Both the position numbers and the translations under genes were made by a program. From the NCBI GenBank assembly GCA_002788135.1, contig PFQT01000031.1:1-40243 (forward strand): a stretch of DNA of 40,243 nucleotides, in the 5' to 3' direction. This DNA is from Candidatus Yonathbacteria bacterium CG_4_8_14_3_um_filter_46_25 (GTDB taxonomy: Bacteria > Patescibacteriota > Minisyncoccia > Phycocordibacterales > UBA1539). The notes beneath the pieces were generated by a model that was given only the letters and a program-made list of their open reading frames with translations, was not told the origin of the DNA and made no database searches. Position 1 is the stretch's first letter. Every line of letters starts with the position of its first letter. Shown one piece after another: positions 14,584 to 24,069 of this stretch.

Positions 14584-16290
14584 TCAGCGATCGGGGGGAA
14601 TATTATAGTAATTCAGCAAAAATTTCGCGATGTCCATGAATGGATAAGTGAGCGTATGTGATGAATATAACGCACCTTTAGGATACACGACGTATAGGAA
14701 AACAATGAACCGTGGATCGTAGGCGGGGAAATAGCCAAAGAACGAATGCAGATATCTATCATCATAATATCCTCTGCCGTCCCCTCGCGCAATCTGTGCC
14801 GTGCCGGTCTTTGCCGCAATGCTGTAATCGTCAAGTTTCACCGCCCCACCAAGAAGCGCATCATCAACGACAGTAATAAGCATCTTTGTCACCTCATCTA
14901 CTGTCTCCTTCTTGAGCACCTGTTCTCCGTCCATAGGAGTAATATTTTTTGACGTTCCGTCTTCGTAGTTTACCCCGATAATAAGGTGCGGTGTTGCCAG
15001 AACACCTCCATTCGCGAGTACCGCGAGCGCGCGAACCATCTCAATAGGAGTAACCGCTATTCCCTGTCCGAACGACGCGGTCGCATACTCAATCATCCTC
15101 GTACTGTTGAGATTATTGACCAGCCCGGCGGCTTCATGGGGAAGGTCAACTCCCGTTTCATCTCCAAGCCCGTACGCGAACATATATTTTCGAAAAACGT
15201 CCTTTCCCATCGCGTTCATAGTAAAAACCGCTCCAGTGTTAAGCGATTCGGAGAGTACATGTTGCATATCAACGACTCCCCTCCCTACCCCGTCATAATT
15301 TGATATACGCGCGCCATCAACGATAATATATCCGTCGTCGTGATACTCAGTACGCGCCGTTATGGCACCCGAGTCAATACCAGCCGCGATAGTGAGTGGC
15401 TTTAGAATTGATCCCATTTCATAAACATTCTCAATTATCGGATTAGGGAATACCGACGGATCGGAAACCATGTTATATGAGTTAGGATCAAAATCGGGCA
15501 TATTCGCAAGGCCATAAACGATGCCGGTCTTCGGATCCATAACGACACCGCCCGCCGAGTCGGCTGACCATCGTTCCATTACACCGTTCAATTGATTTTC
15601 GAGAACATTTTGCACTGATGGCTCAATAGAGGTAATAAGGTCTCCTTTTTGTTTATCATTGCGGTCAAAGAGCTGTATATTTGAGAATATTTCCGCAAAA
15701 ACATTGACGTAAAAACTCACCGCGCTTCGCGAAAGCACATCATTATAGTATCGCTCAAGTCCATACTGCCCCGTGAGCTCATGACCACGGTATCCGACAA
15801 AACCAAGCGCATGCGCCGCCAGATCGTCTCCGGGATAATATCGCCAGTTATCCTTTGAAAGCATAACACCGTCTATACCAAGCGCGCGTACACGATCGGC
15901 AGTATCAACGTCAAGATGGTTAACGATCTCTTCATACTGATCATCTTTCTTTGCGGCTTTTGCTGAAAAATCATCCTCGTTGATGTCCACGATGCTAGAA
16001 AGGGCGGCATATACGGCTTCGGCGTCACTTATGGCACTAGGATTGATGGCAATAATGAACCCCGATCTAACCGTGGCGGCCGATACCTTCTCGCCGCTTT
16101 TTTCGGTGAAAAATATTGCCCCGCGATCAAAAACATCATCGCCGCGCGAAATATATTGATTGTTTGCCCTTTCACTATAAAAATCGCCGCGCACGATCTG
16201 CACAACAACGAGCTGATATATGAGAATGGATAAAAGCAAAAAGAAAAACCCGTAGACGATCCTCATCCGAAATAAGTTATTTGGCCTCAT
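14584..16290 (-). CDS. ftsI: penicillin-binding protein, FtsI-type transpeptidase
   Basis: ORF track 14584..16353; the ATG at 16290 (MRPNNLF, followed by a TM) is preferred. SxxK (GSILKP), SxN (SLN) and KTGTA motifs. dcw-cluster context. Confidence 0.85.
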   Translation of the reverse strand: MRPNNLFRMRIVYGFFFLLLSILIYQLVVVQIVRGDFYSERANNQYISRGDDVFDRGAIFFTEKSGEKVSAATVRSGFIIAINPSAISDAEAVYAALSSIVDINEDDFSAKAAKKDDQYEEIVNHLDVDTADRVRALGIDGVMLSKDNWRYYPGDDLAAHALGFVGYRGHELTGQYGLERYYNDVLSRSAVSFYVNVFAEIFSNIQLFDRNDKQKGDLITSIEPSVQNVLENQLNGVMERWSADSAGGVVMDPKTGIVYGLANMPDFDPNSYNMVSDPSVFPNPIIENVYEMGSILKPLTIAAGIDSGAITARTEYHDDGYIIVDGARISNYDGVGRGVVDMQHVLSESLNTGAVFTMNAMGKDVFRKYMFAYGLGDETGVDLPHEAAGLVNNLNSTRMIEYATASFGQGIAVTPIEMVRALAVLANGGVLATPHLIIGVNYEDGTSKNITPMDGEQVLKKETVDEVTKMLITVVDDALLGGAVKLDDYSIAAKTGTAQIARGDGRGYYDDRYLHSFFGYFPAYDPRFIVFLYVVYPKGALYSSHTLTYPFMDIAKFLLNYYNIPPDR

Positions 16291-16615
16291 TGTTCCAAAA
16301 ACTTGTCGCGAATGATCCGCGCTTCGCGTAGAGAATAGTATCAGGATCAACAAAACCCATTAATTCCGCTTCCGACAAGGTTATCTCCTTGCTGAGAGCG
16401 ACATAGGTACTTTCAAGTTCGCCAACATTCGATCCTATTGTTCGAATAATACTATTCATATCTTCGCGCGCGAGAGAACTAAAAATTGAAGCACCGATAA
16501 AATAGACATAAAGAAACAGAAAGGAACCGATACCGAACACGAAGAACCTCGCCATCTTTTTCTCAAGATCACGTTCAAAAAATTTTATATGTATATGTAT
16601 AATGTTGCTTACCAT
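16277..16615 (-). CDS. FtsL-like small bitopic cell-division protein
   Basis: Single TM FVFGIGSFLFLYVYFIGASIF followed by a short coiled region. Lies between rsmH and ftsI. The start could be 16615 or the internal ATG at 16555. Confidence 0.5.
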   Translation of the reverse strand: MVSNIIHIHIKFFERDLEKKMARFFVFGIGSFLFLYVYFIGASIFSSLAREDMNSIIRTIGSNVGELESTYVALSKEITLSEAELMGFVDPDTILYAKRGSFATSFWNNEAK

Positions 16616-16623
16616 GAATATTT

Positions 16624-17517
16624 TTACAATTTTTCCGCGATGCGTAAGTGCGCGCTTCGGCTTCGTGGATTGCGTCTTTTTTCTTCATCGCTTGGCACAA
16701 TCGGTTTTTTGGTGATTATGACGCAAAGACCTGTCTTTGCTGATTCCCGAAAAAAATTTTTAACGATTCGATCCTCGCCACTATGAAAAGAAATGATCGC
16801 GATCCTCCCTCCTTTATTGAGCCGCTCAAGCGCCTTGCCTATTCCTTCGGTCAAAGCGGAAAATTCATCATTGACCGCGATGCGCAACGCCTGAAATGTT
16901 TTTGTGGCCGGATGAATTTTTCCGAATCGATAACCATGCGGTACGCTTCTTTCAATAATGGCGACAAGGTTTCCTGTTCGCTCAATCGGCTTTATCTTCC
17001 TTTCTTTGACAATCTCCCGCGCGATCCGTTTTGCGAATCGCTCTCCGCCATAACCATAGATGACATCAGTAATGCTCTGTTCCGTCCATGTATTAACGAT
17101 CTCCCGAGCGGTGAAAGCGCAGGTTTCAAGGTCAGGACAAAATGTCATCAGAAGTGGTTCATCCTTCTGGAAGGAAAAACCACGTTTGCTTTCATCAAGC
17201 TGCCGCGAACTCAATCCGATATCGAACAATGCTTTGTCAACCGTTTGAATCCCATGCTTTTCAAGTACCCGATCGAGATTCCTGAAGTTATCATGCGCCA
17301 GAATGATCGTGCATCGTGACGCGCCAAGGTTTCTACGCGCTTCCACAAGAGCATCCGTATCTTCGTCAATGCCAATAATGGTCCCCTTCTCGTCAAGATA
17401 TTGCGCTATCAAAGAGCTATGCCCTCCTTCATTCACTGTCGCATCAAGAACCGTATCTCCTGATTTGATAGAAAGACCCTCTATCGCTTCTTTAACAAGT
17501 ACCGGGGTGTGTGCCAT
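16624..17517 (-). CDS. rsmH: 16S rRNA (cytosine1402-N4)-methyltransferase RsmH (MraW)
   Basis: MAHTPVLVKEAIEGL, DATVNEGGHS, SFHSGEDRIVK. Confidence 0.9.
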   Translation of the reverse strand: MAHTPVLVKEAIEGLSIKSGDTVLDATVNEGGHSSLIAQYLDEKGTIIGIDEDTDALVEARRNLGASRCTIILAHDNFRNLDRVLEKHGIQTVDKALFDIGLSSRQLDESKRGFSFQKDEPLLMTFCPDLETCAFTAREIVNTWTEQSITDVIYGYGGERFAKRIAREIVKERKIKPIERTGNLVAIIERSVPHGYRFGKIHPATKTFQALRIAVNDEFSALTEGIGKALERLNKGGRIAIISFHSGEDRIVKNFFRESAKTGLCVIITKKPIVPSDEEKRRNPRSRSAHLRIAEKL

Positions 17518-17522
17518 GGGAT

Positions 17523-17957
17523 CTACAATACCCCTACCTCGCCAAGCTTCTCCGCCAACACGTCTGCCGACTTTTCAATCTTTTTCTTGTAGAGGTTCCA
17601 TGCTTTTTCATCCCATATCTCGACACGGTCATGGACTCCCACCACGGCAACCTTGTTCTTGAGCCCGGCAAACTCTTTCAAAAAATCAGGCAAGAGCACT
17701 CTTCCGAGCGAATCGACATCAGTCTCGACCGCGCCTCCGAACATAAAACGATTCATCCCGCGTGAATCGGATTGCCCGACGGAAAGTTCAACCAACTTCC
17801 CCGCCATACGTTCCCAATCTTTCAGAGAATAAACGAACAGGCAGTTATCGAATCCATGAGTGATAACAACCTTTTTCCCCATCTCCTTCCGAAATTTTGC
17901 GGGTAAGGAAATCCGCTTTTTGGGATCCAGAGTATGTGTATATTCGCCGATCAACAT
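17523..17957 (-). CDS. mraZ: transcriptional regulator MraZ
   Basis: ORF track 17523..18023; the ATG at 17957 (MLIGEYTHTLDPKKRISLPAKFR) gives the canonical length of about 144 aa. Duplicated SpoVT/AbrB-like halves (second half: VDSLGRVLLP). Confidence 0.9.
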   Translation of the reverse strand: MLIGEYTHTLDPKKRISLPAKFRKEMGKKVVITHGFDNCLFVYSLKDWERMAGKLVELSVGQSDSRGMNRFMFGGAVETDVDSLGRVLLPDFLKEFAGLKNKVAVVGVHDRVEIWDEKAWNLYKKKIEKSADVLAEKLGEVGVL

Positions 17958-18044
17958 ATTAAAATATTGTGCGGATATCGCCCGCCTGCGGTTCCGGAAG
18001 AATACCCAACTTTTAGTGCCCAAAAGCGAGAAAAAAGGTTTTTA

Positions 18045-18089
18045 CCACTTAATCCCACTTCGTATATATTGTATACCACTATTTACCAC
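18045..18089 (-). promoter_or_regulatory. four phased GTGG(T/G) MraZ-box-like repeats flanking a TACAAT -10 element upstream of mraZ
   Basis: On the + strand CCAC occurs at 18045, 18055, 18076 and 18086 (spacings 10, 21 and 10 nt). The - strand reads GTGGTAAATAGTGGTATACAATATATACGAAGTGGGATTAAGTGGTAAAAA. TACAAT corresponds to 18068-18073. Confidence 0.55.
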
Positions 18090-18118
18090 ATCGCCAAACA
18101 AAGTTATCCACAATACAC

Positions 18119-18138
18119 AAAAAGCCCCTATCAGGGGC
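18119..18138 (-). terminator. Rho-independent terminator after lysS
   Basis: The - strand has hairpin GCCCCT-GAT-AGGGGC followed by TTTTT, 25 nt after the lysS stop. Confidence 0.55.
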
Positions 18139-18162
18139 GTTTTGAGCCATCGCGGAATATAT

Positions 18163-19644
18163 TTATTTATCTCTTTGGTCTCCTCGTGGGCGCATCGTCG
18201 GAAAGAGGATGACCTCTCGAATGTTATGCGTGTCAGTCAGAAGCATGGTAAGGCGTTCGATACCGATACCAACACCGCCCGCCGGTGGCATGCCGTATTC
18301 CATCGCTTCAAGATATTCTTCATCGGACGGAGAAACTTCCGGATCTCCTTCTTTTCTTTTTTTATCTTGTTCAAGGTATCGCTCGCGTTGGTCGATCGGA
18401 TCATTAAGCTCAGAGAATGCGTTGACCACCTCAAGACCACCGATAACCAACTGGAAACGATCAATAAGACGCTGATCATCCGCTTTCTTTTTCGCGAACG
18501 GAGAAAACCCGACCGGGTAATCGACAATAAAGGTTGGCTGAACAAGTTTTGGGCGACATGTTTTCTTATATATGTTATCGATAATCTTCTCAGCGCTATC
18601 GCCCGAAACAACCTCGATCCCCAGTCGGGCCGCCTTTAGTTTTAATTCTTCTCGTGTCATGTCAGCGGGATGAGAAATGAGCGCATATTGCTTCAGAAGG
18701 TCAAAAAACGCAACCACGGCGAATTTTTTTGAGAACAAGATCGTGTTACCGCCATACGTGATCGAATTTTTTCCGATCACGCCTTTGACAAGAGATTTCA
18801 TTGTCTCTTCGACAAACACCATTTGTTTTTCGGCATTGCTATAACTCTCATAAAACTCAAGCATAGTGAACTCCGGGTTATGGGTTACGTCAATGCCTTC
18901 GTTCCTGAAATTGCGTCCAATCTCGTAAACTTTACTGAAGCCACCAACGAGTAATTTCTTCAAATAAAGCTCGGGAGCTATTCGCAATGCGAGATTGATA
19001 TCGAGTGTGTTGTGGTGTGTTATGAACGGCTCTGCGTTGGCACCCCCCGCAAGCACTTGAAGTATCGGTGTTTCCACCTCGAGATAGCCCGCGGTGTCTA
19101 AAACACTCCTTAGAAACTTGATAATAGCGGAGCGAACAAGGAAACGATCTTTCCCTTCCGGTGACATCAGGGTATCAAGATATCGCCTTCGGGAACGCTC
19201 TTCCGTGTCTTGAAGTCCATGCCATTTATCAGGAAGCGGACGAAGGCTTTTAGCAAGCATGCGCCATTTTTTTACAAGGATCGTTTTTTCTTTTCGGTTA
19301 GTAAGAAAAAGAGGGCCGGAAGCCTCTATAAAATCGCCAATATCCACGGTATCAATAAAAAGCTCGCGAACTTCTACATCGATCTCATCTTTTTTTATCA
19401 ATCCCTGAAGAGTTCCCGTGCCATCATTGAGGTCAAAAAATATAACGGCTCCTTGCCCGCGTATCGCCATTACCCGTCCGACCGCCGTTATTGTTTTCTT
19501 TTTTGAAAACTTTATGAACGAAGAAACGATTTCGCCGAGTGATTCAGTGGCGAAAGAATCGCTCGGATAGGGATTGATTCCCTTATCACGTAAAACGTGA
19601 AGTTTTTTTATACGCTCATTTCTGATTTCCTCTAGAGAAGCCAT
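18163..19644 (-). CDS. lysS: lysine--tRNA ligase, class II
   Basis: ORF track 18163..19683; the ATG at 19644 (MASLEEIRNERIKKL) is preferred. NFRNEGIDVTHNPEFTMLEFY, GMPPAGGVGIGIERL. Confidence 0.9.
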   Translation of the reverse strand: MASLEEIRNERIKKLHVLRDKGINPYPSDSFATESLGEIVSSFIKFSKKKTITAVGRVMAIRGQGAVIFFDLNDGTGTLQGLIKKDEIDVEVRELFIDTVDIGDFIEASGPLFLTNRKEKTILVKKWRMLAKSLRPLPDKWHGLQDTEERSRRRYLDTLMSPEGKDRFLVRSAIIKFLRSVLDTAGYLEVETPILQVLAGGANAEPFITHHNTLDINLALRIAPELYLKKLLVGGFSKVYEIGRNFRNEGIDVTHNPEFTMLEFYESYSNAEKQMVFVEETMKSLVKGVIGKNSITYGGNTILFSKKFAVVAFFDLLKQYALISHPADMTREELKLKAARLGIEVVSGDSAEKIIDNIYKKTCRPKLVQPTFIVDYPVGFSPFAKKKADDQRLIDRFQLVIGGLEVVNAFSELNDPIDQRERYLEQDKKRKEGDPEVSPSDEEYLEAMEYGMPPAGGVGIGIERLTMLLTDTHNIREVILFPTMRPRGDQRDK

Positions 19645-19710
19645 GCGTTTTAACTCGGAACAAAACAGGACAATGCGCATCATACGCAGAGCATTATTTT
19701 ATTGAAATAA

Positions 19711-20181
19711 CTATTTGATATCAATAATCTCACACGTTACCGCTCCTTTCGGAGTGGAATATGTGACCATGTCACCTTTCCCTTTTCCAAGAAGTGCCTC
19801 AATTATCGGCGATCGATACGATATTTTTCCAGAATCCATGTCGGCCTCTTCAGAACCGACGACGTGATAAGTACGAGATTCTGTATCACCTTTCTTTCTT
19901 ATAACGATAGTACACCCGACCTGTACGACCGTATGCTTCCCCTTCGTTGTGGTAACTTCCGCGGCAGAGAGTATTGATTCAAGCTCGATGATCCTACCTT
20001 CGAGCGTCGCTTGGTTTTGTCGAGCTTCTTGATACTCGGCGTTCTCCGATAAATCGCCGAGTGATTTCGCAAACTCAAGTTGCTCGGCAATATCCTTGCG
20101 TTTTGTCGTTTTTGATAACTCAAGCTCTTTCCGGAGCTCATTTATCTTTTCCTGACTCAAATATTGTTTTTCTTCATTCAT
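19711..20181 (-). CDS. greA: transcription elongation factor GreA
   Basis: 156 aa. Coiled-coil N-terminal domain with GDLSENAEYQEAR. C-terminal FKBP-like domain. Confidence 0.9.
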   Translation of the reverse strand: MNEEKQYLSQEKINELRKELELSKTTKRKDIAEQLEFAKSLGDLSENAEYQEARQNQATLEGRIIELESILSAAEVTTTKGKHTVVQVGCTIVIRKKGDTESRTYHVVGSEEADMDSGKISYRSPIIEALLGKGKGDMVTYSTPKGAVTCEIIDIK

Positions 20182-20240
20182 GTCCGGCTATTTTATATGT
20201 TTTTACCTGTTTCGTCAATGACACCGTACAGTTAACCATC

Positions 20241-21929
20241 CTACTTCACATACTCCGGCGTGTTGATCGCCATCCATTCGAAGAACTGGCGCATAACGTA
20301 AAGTCCGCCAACGGTATTGTTGTGAGGGCCTTGTTCCATGACCACCGTAAACGCATAATGCGGATTCTCATACGGGAAAAAGCCAACTACCCATGAGTTT
20401 ATGAACTGATTCGCCGTACCGATCTCGGCCGTCCCCGTTTTTGCTGCGACATTGATGTACGGCAGGTCAAGACCTTTTGCGGTGCCGTGTGTTACCGCAA
20501 GCCGCATTCCATCCCGCACCACCGCCAGAACATCTTTGTTAACACCACTGATCGGCGTCGTGGATACCATATCCCCAAGACGTACGTGAGGAGTTACGAG
20601 CGCTCCACCGTTCGCAATCGCCGCGATTCCACGCACCATTTGCACAGGCGAAACCTGAAAACCATACTGTCCAATCACGGTGTGATATGTATCTCCCACT
20701 CGCCATGGATCTCCGTTGAACATCGCCAATTTCCACTCCGGATTCGGTATCACTCCGTCAACATCGCCTGGGAGATCGATATCGGTGTAGTCACCAAAAC
20801 CGAAAAGCCGCGCGTACTTTTCAATTCCCGCAATGCCAATCCCTTTTTGCGTCTTGAATCCCCCGCCCACTTCGTAAAAATAAACGTCCGAAGAAACGGC
20901 AAGAGCTTCTTTTATATCAACGGGACCATGTGCTTTCCAGTCGTTAAAAACCGAGAACTGGTCGGGGAAGTACGGATTGGGAACGGAGATCGAACCGGCA
21001 CTCACGATTTTGTCGTCAGGAGTCACAACCTTCTCTTCAAGCACTCCGACGGCAACAAACGGTTTTACTGTTGAGCCCGGTGTATAAAGCCCCGACACTG
21101 CTCGGTTAAGGAAAGGAGTACTCCTGTCGTTTTGATAAGAGCGTATGGTGGAGATGTCATCTCCTTCCGTCATCACGCTTGAACTGTATTCCGGCACACT
21201 CGCAAGAGCGATAATCTCGCCCGTCTTTATGTCCATGATAACACCCGCTCCTCCCGTATATTTGTACTCCGCGATAAGCAAAGCGATCAAATCGTACATC
21301 TTCTCTTCCATGCGTGCGTCGACTGAAAGTGTAATGCTTTCTCCATCTGTGGGAGGATAGATGATACTTCCGAGACGAGTATTCATAAAAGCATCAGTCT
21401 CCACTATTCTCGTGCCCGCCTCACCGGCGAGAAGATCGTCGTAATACTTTTCCGCGCCGTCTTTTCCTACATAATTTTTTTGATAATAAAGTCCGGAACT
21501 GTCGGCGGCAGGATACCCGACATACCCGATAATGTGCGCCAATCCATGCATATCCGCGTACGATCTTTTCGAAAAATCTCCGTCACGCGGAGAGTTCCAC
21601 GCTAACTCAATGCCGTTCCGGTCGTAGATAACCCCGCGTTCGGGGAAGATCGGCAGATGACGAAGACGGTTATTTTCGCTCTCTTCAGCAAATGCCGCGC
21701 CGCTTGCAACCTGCAAGCTGGCAATTCGCGCAACAAAGATCACGCCAACACACACAAAAAAAATCCCCAGCATAAAAAAGGTTTTTTTTGAGATCGGTTT
21801 TTCCAAAATCCCTTCAAATTGATATGTATCAAAATCAGGCAAGTTAGCCGAATCGAGAAATATCTCATCGGGATCAATACTCGCCTTCATGGCATTCCTT
21901 TTTTTTGATAAAAAATTATTCCCCCGCAT
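20241..21929 (-). CDS. mrdA: penicillin-binding protein 2 (elongasome transpeptidase)
   Basis: SxxK (GSTVKP), SxD (SSD) and KTGTA motifs. N-terminal TM. Directly downstream of mreB-mreC-mreD. The start is either 21929 or the ATG at 21890. Confidence 0.85.
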   Translation of the reverse strand: MRGNNFLSKKRNAMKASIDPDEIFLDSANLPDFDTYQFEGILEKPISKKTFFMLGIFFVCVGVIFVARIASLQVASGAAFAEESENNRLRHLPIFPERGVIYDRNGIELAWNSPRDGDFSKRSYADMHGLAHIIGYVGYPAADSSGLYYQKNYVGKDGAEKYYDDLLAGEAGTRIVETDAFMNTRLGSIIYPPTDGESITLSVDARMEEKMYDLIALLIAEYKYTGGAGVIMDIKTGEIIALASVPEYSSSVMTEGDDISTIRSYQNDRSTPFLNRAVSGLYTPGSTVKPFVAVGVLEEKVVTPDDKIVSAGSISVPNPYFPDQFSVFNDWKAHGPVDIKEALAVSSDVYFYEVGGGFKTQKGIGIAGIEKYARLFGFGDYTDIDLPGDVDGVIPNPEWKLAMFNGDPWRVGDTYHTVIGQYGFQVSPVQMVRGIAAIANGGALVTPHVRLGDMVSTTPISGVNKDVLAVVRDGMRLAVTHGTAKGLDLPYINVAAKTGTAEIGTANQFINSWVVGFFPYENPHYAFTVVMEQGPHNNTVGGLYVMRQFFEWMAINTPEYVK

Positions 21930-22191
21930 AGAATCTTGTTTGTTTCTTAAACGTGGTCAGCGCGACATAGAGTACCATACCGCTGACGGTATAAACAAAT
22001 CGAAACCCCCAAAAAAACGCGCCTCCCCCGTAGAGAAGATCGAGGATCAATCCCGCCAGTATGATCTCATAATATCGTTTGAAAAAAAACGTGGCAAAAA
22101 CAAGCAAGCAGACCGTAATCCACCACAATGGAGCACAGAAGATCGAAAGAATGACAACGATGTCAACAATGATCCGGCGCGTCATAATCAT
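21916..22191 (-). CDS. mreD: MreD-like small membrane protein
   Basis: 91 aa, three hydrophobic segments. Lies between mreC and mrdA with 4-nt and 14-nt overlaps. The call rests mainly on context. Confidence 0.45.
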   Translation of the reverse strand: MIMTRRIIVDIVVILSIFCAPLWWITVCLLVFATFFFKRYYEIILAGLILDLLYGGGAFFWGFRFVYTVSGMVLYVALTTFKKQTRFYAGE

Positions 22192-22982
22192 TTTTTTATT
22201 TCTTTGTCACGTAAAACAACCTCAACCTCGCGAACCTGACGAGAATCGACTACATCACGAAAGAGGATCAGTTTGAAAGGATCACTTGTCTTCACATCAA
22301 TATATTCAACATATCCGACGATACGTGGCATGATACCCGGGAGAAGCACCACATCGCCTTCCGCTATAGCGATATCGCGCGGAAGCCGTATCTCGTAATT
22401 GCCGCCTGCGCGCCCCTTTGCGGTTGTCGTGATCTTTTCATCACCAACCAAAACATCGGTGAGTTCTCCGGGCGAAGAAAAAAGCACCACTTTCGAAGAG
22501 CGCTTAAGCACTTCGGTCACCTTGCCGATCATGATGTTACCCGCATACAAAACCTCGTCTCCTATCTCGACACCAAAATCCTCTCCGATGTCTATAATAA
22601 GCGTATCATAAAGCGACTGCCCCGGACCAGCGAGGACCGAAGCAAGCACAGTTCGGTCAAGAACACTGCGCCCCATAGCTTCCTTGAGATCAAGATTTTC
22701 CTCAAAAAGAAGATTGCGATCAAGAAGCTTCATACTAAGAACTCGGAGATCTTCTTTAAGTTTCGTATTTTCATCAACAAGACTTTTCTTTGAACGAACA
22801 AGATTGCGAAATCCTCCCCAAAGATTACCTGCGTAGTTCTGTGTTTTCCACAAAGACACAGCCATAAAGCCAACACTCCGCGAAAGAAACCCGTAACCAT
22901 CGGCAAACAAAAAGATACTGACCAACCCAACCGTAACAAAAAAGGTGATTGTTCTTTTTTGGATATTTCTTTGTTTTCTCAT
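22188..22982 (-). CDS. mreC: rod shape-determining protein MreC
   Basis: ORF track 22188..23027; the ATG at 22982 is preferred. N-terminal TM, a coiled coil (LVDENTKLKEDLRVLSMKL), then a beta domain. Follows mreB. Confidence 0.8.
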   Translation of the reverse strand: MRKQRNIQKRTITFFVTVGLVSIFLFADGYGFLSRSVGFMAVSLWKTQNYAGNLWGGFRNLVRSKKSLVDENTKLKEDLRVLSMKLLDRNLLFEENLDLKEAMGRSVLDRTVLASVLAGPGQSLYDTLIIDIGEDFGVEIGDEVLYAGNIMIGKVTEVLKRSSKVVLFSSPGELTDVLVGDEKITTTAKGRAGGNYEIRLPRDIAIAEGDVVLLPGIMPRIVGYVEYIDVKTSDPFKLILFRDVVDSRQVREVEVVLRDKEIKK

Positions 22983-22995
22983 ACTCGCAAAGCGA

Positions 22996-24054
22996 TCACC
23001 GGCCAAGCGTGGATAGTAAATTATCATTACCCTCGATCAACACATCTTTGAAGTGTTCAATGTCGCCGAGGACTATGCCGGTCCCGCGAACAACTGTTGT
23101 AAGCGGATCATTGGTGATATAGATTGGTATCTTGAGCGCGCTGTGTAAAAGCCCATCAAGGCCGCGCAAGAGCGCACCACCCCCCGTAAGGACAATGCCA
23201 CGATTCATAACGTCGGAAAGTATCTCCGGCGGCGTTGTTTCGAGCACTTCCTTTACGGAATCGACAAGACTTCCGACTGACTGCGCGAGTGCCTCTCGTA
23301 TGTCAGAATCGGTTATGATCACCTCGCGTGGGAGTCCGGCAACAAGGTCACGGCCTTTCACCGATGCCTCCATAGGCGAATCTCCCTCCGCAACGGATCC
23401 AATCGCGATTTTCACATCTTCGGCCGTTTTTTCACCAATGAGTATTTTAAACTCGTCCCGAATATACGAAATGATATCCTCGTTAAGTTTGTCTCCAGCG
23501 ACTCTCAAATTTTTTGATCGAACAATACCACCGAGCGAAATAACGGCAATATCGGTAGTTCCTCCGCCAATATCAATGATCATGCTCCCCACCGGATCAC
23601 CGACCGGCAAAAGCGCTCCGATCGCGGCAGCCATCGGCTCTTCAATGATATGCACCTCGCGAGCACCCGCGCTCTTTGTCGCATCATATACAGCACGTGT
23701 TTCAACATTCGTTATGCCTGATGGAGCGCCAATGACCACCCGAGGACGCAACTTTTTCTTCGCTATCCTCTGCGTTTTATTGATAAGGTAAGCAAGCATC
23801 TCCTCAGCAACCTCGAAATTCGATATCACGCCTTCAACAAGCGGACGAATGGCAACGATATGGTTCGGAGTACGACCAATCATTTGCTTCGCGTCAGCCC
23901 CAACGGCGACAACCCTTCCTGTTTTTTGGTTAAGCGCAACAACAGAGGGTTCATTGATCACGATGCCATGGTCGGCAAGATAGACCAACGTATTGGATGT
24001 ACCAAGATCAATACCAATGTCACCGGAAAACAAACTGTAAAATTTTTTGAACAT
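22996..24054 (-). CDS. mreB: rod shape-determining protein MreB (actin-like ATPase)
   Basis: DIGIDLGTSNTLVY, IIDIGGGTTDIAVISLGG, VLTGGGALLRGL. Confidence 0.9.
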   Translation of the reverse strand: MFKKFYSLFSGDIGIDLGTSNTLVYLADHGIVINEPSVVALNQKTGRVVAVGADAKQMIGRTPNHIVAIRPLVEGVISNFEVAEEMLAYLINKTQRIAKKKLRPRVVIGAPSGITNVETRAVYDATKSAGAREVHIIEEPMAAAIGALLPVGDPVGSMIIDIGGGTTDIAVISLGGIVRSKNLRVAGDKLNEDIISYIRDEFKILIGEKTAEDVKIAIGSVAEGDSPMEASVKGRDLVAGLPREVIITDSDIREALAQSVGSLVDSVKEVLETTPPEILSDVMNRGIVLTGGGALLRGLDGLLHSALKIPIYITNDPLTTVVRGTGIVLGDIEHFKDVLIEGNDNLLSTLGR

Positions 24055-24069
24055 ATTTTTTCAAATTTA

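Noticed and set aside
23132-23791. 219-aa + strand ORF inside mreB. Similar long antisense ORFs occur at 17860..18639, 25983..26576, 28464..28997, 33077..33958, 3529..4002 and 5390..5878.
   Set aside because: Each lies antisense to a gene with strong, motif-level homology to a known family. Their products are Ser/Arg/Pro-rich and low-complexity, and they lack RBS and family resemblance. They look like typical shadow ORFs.
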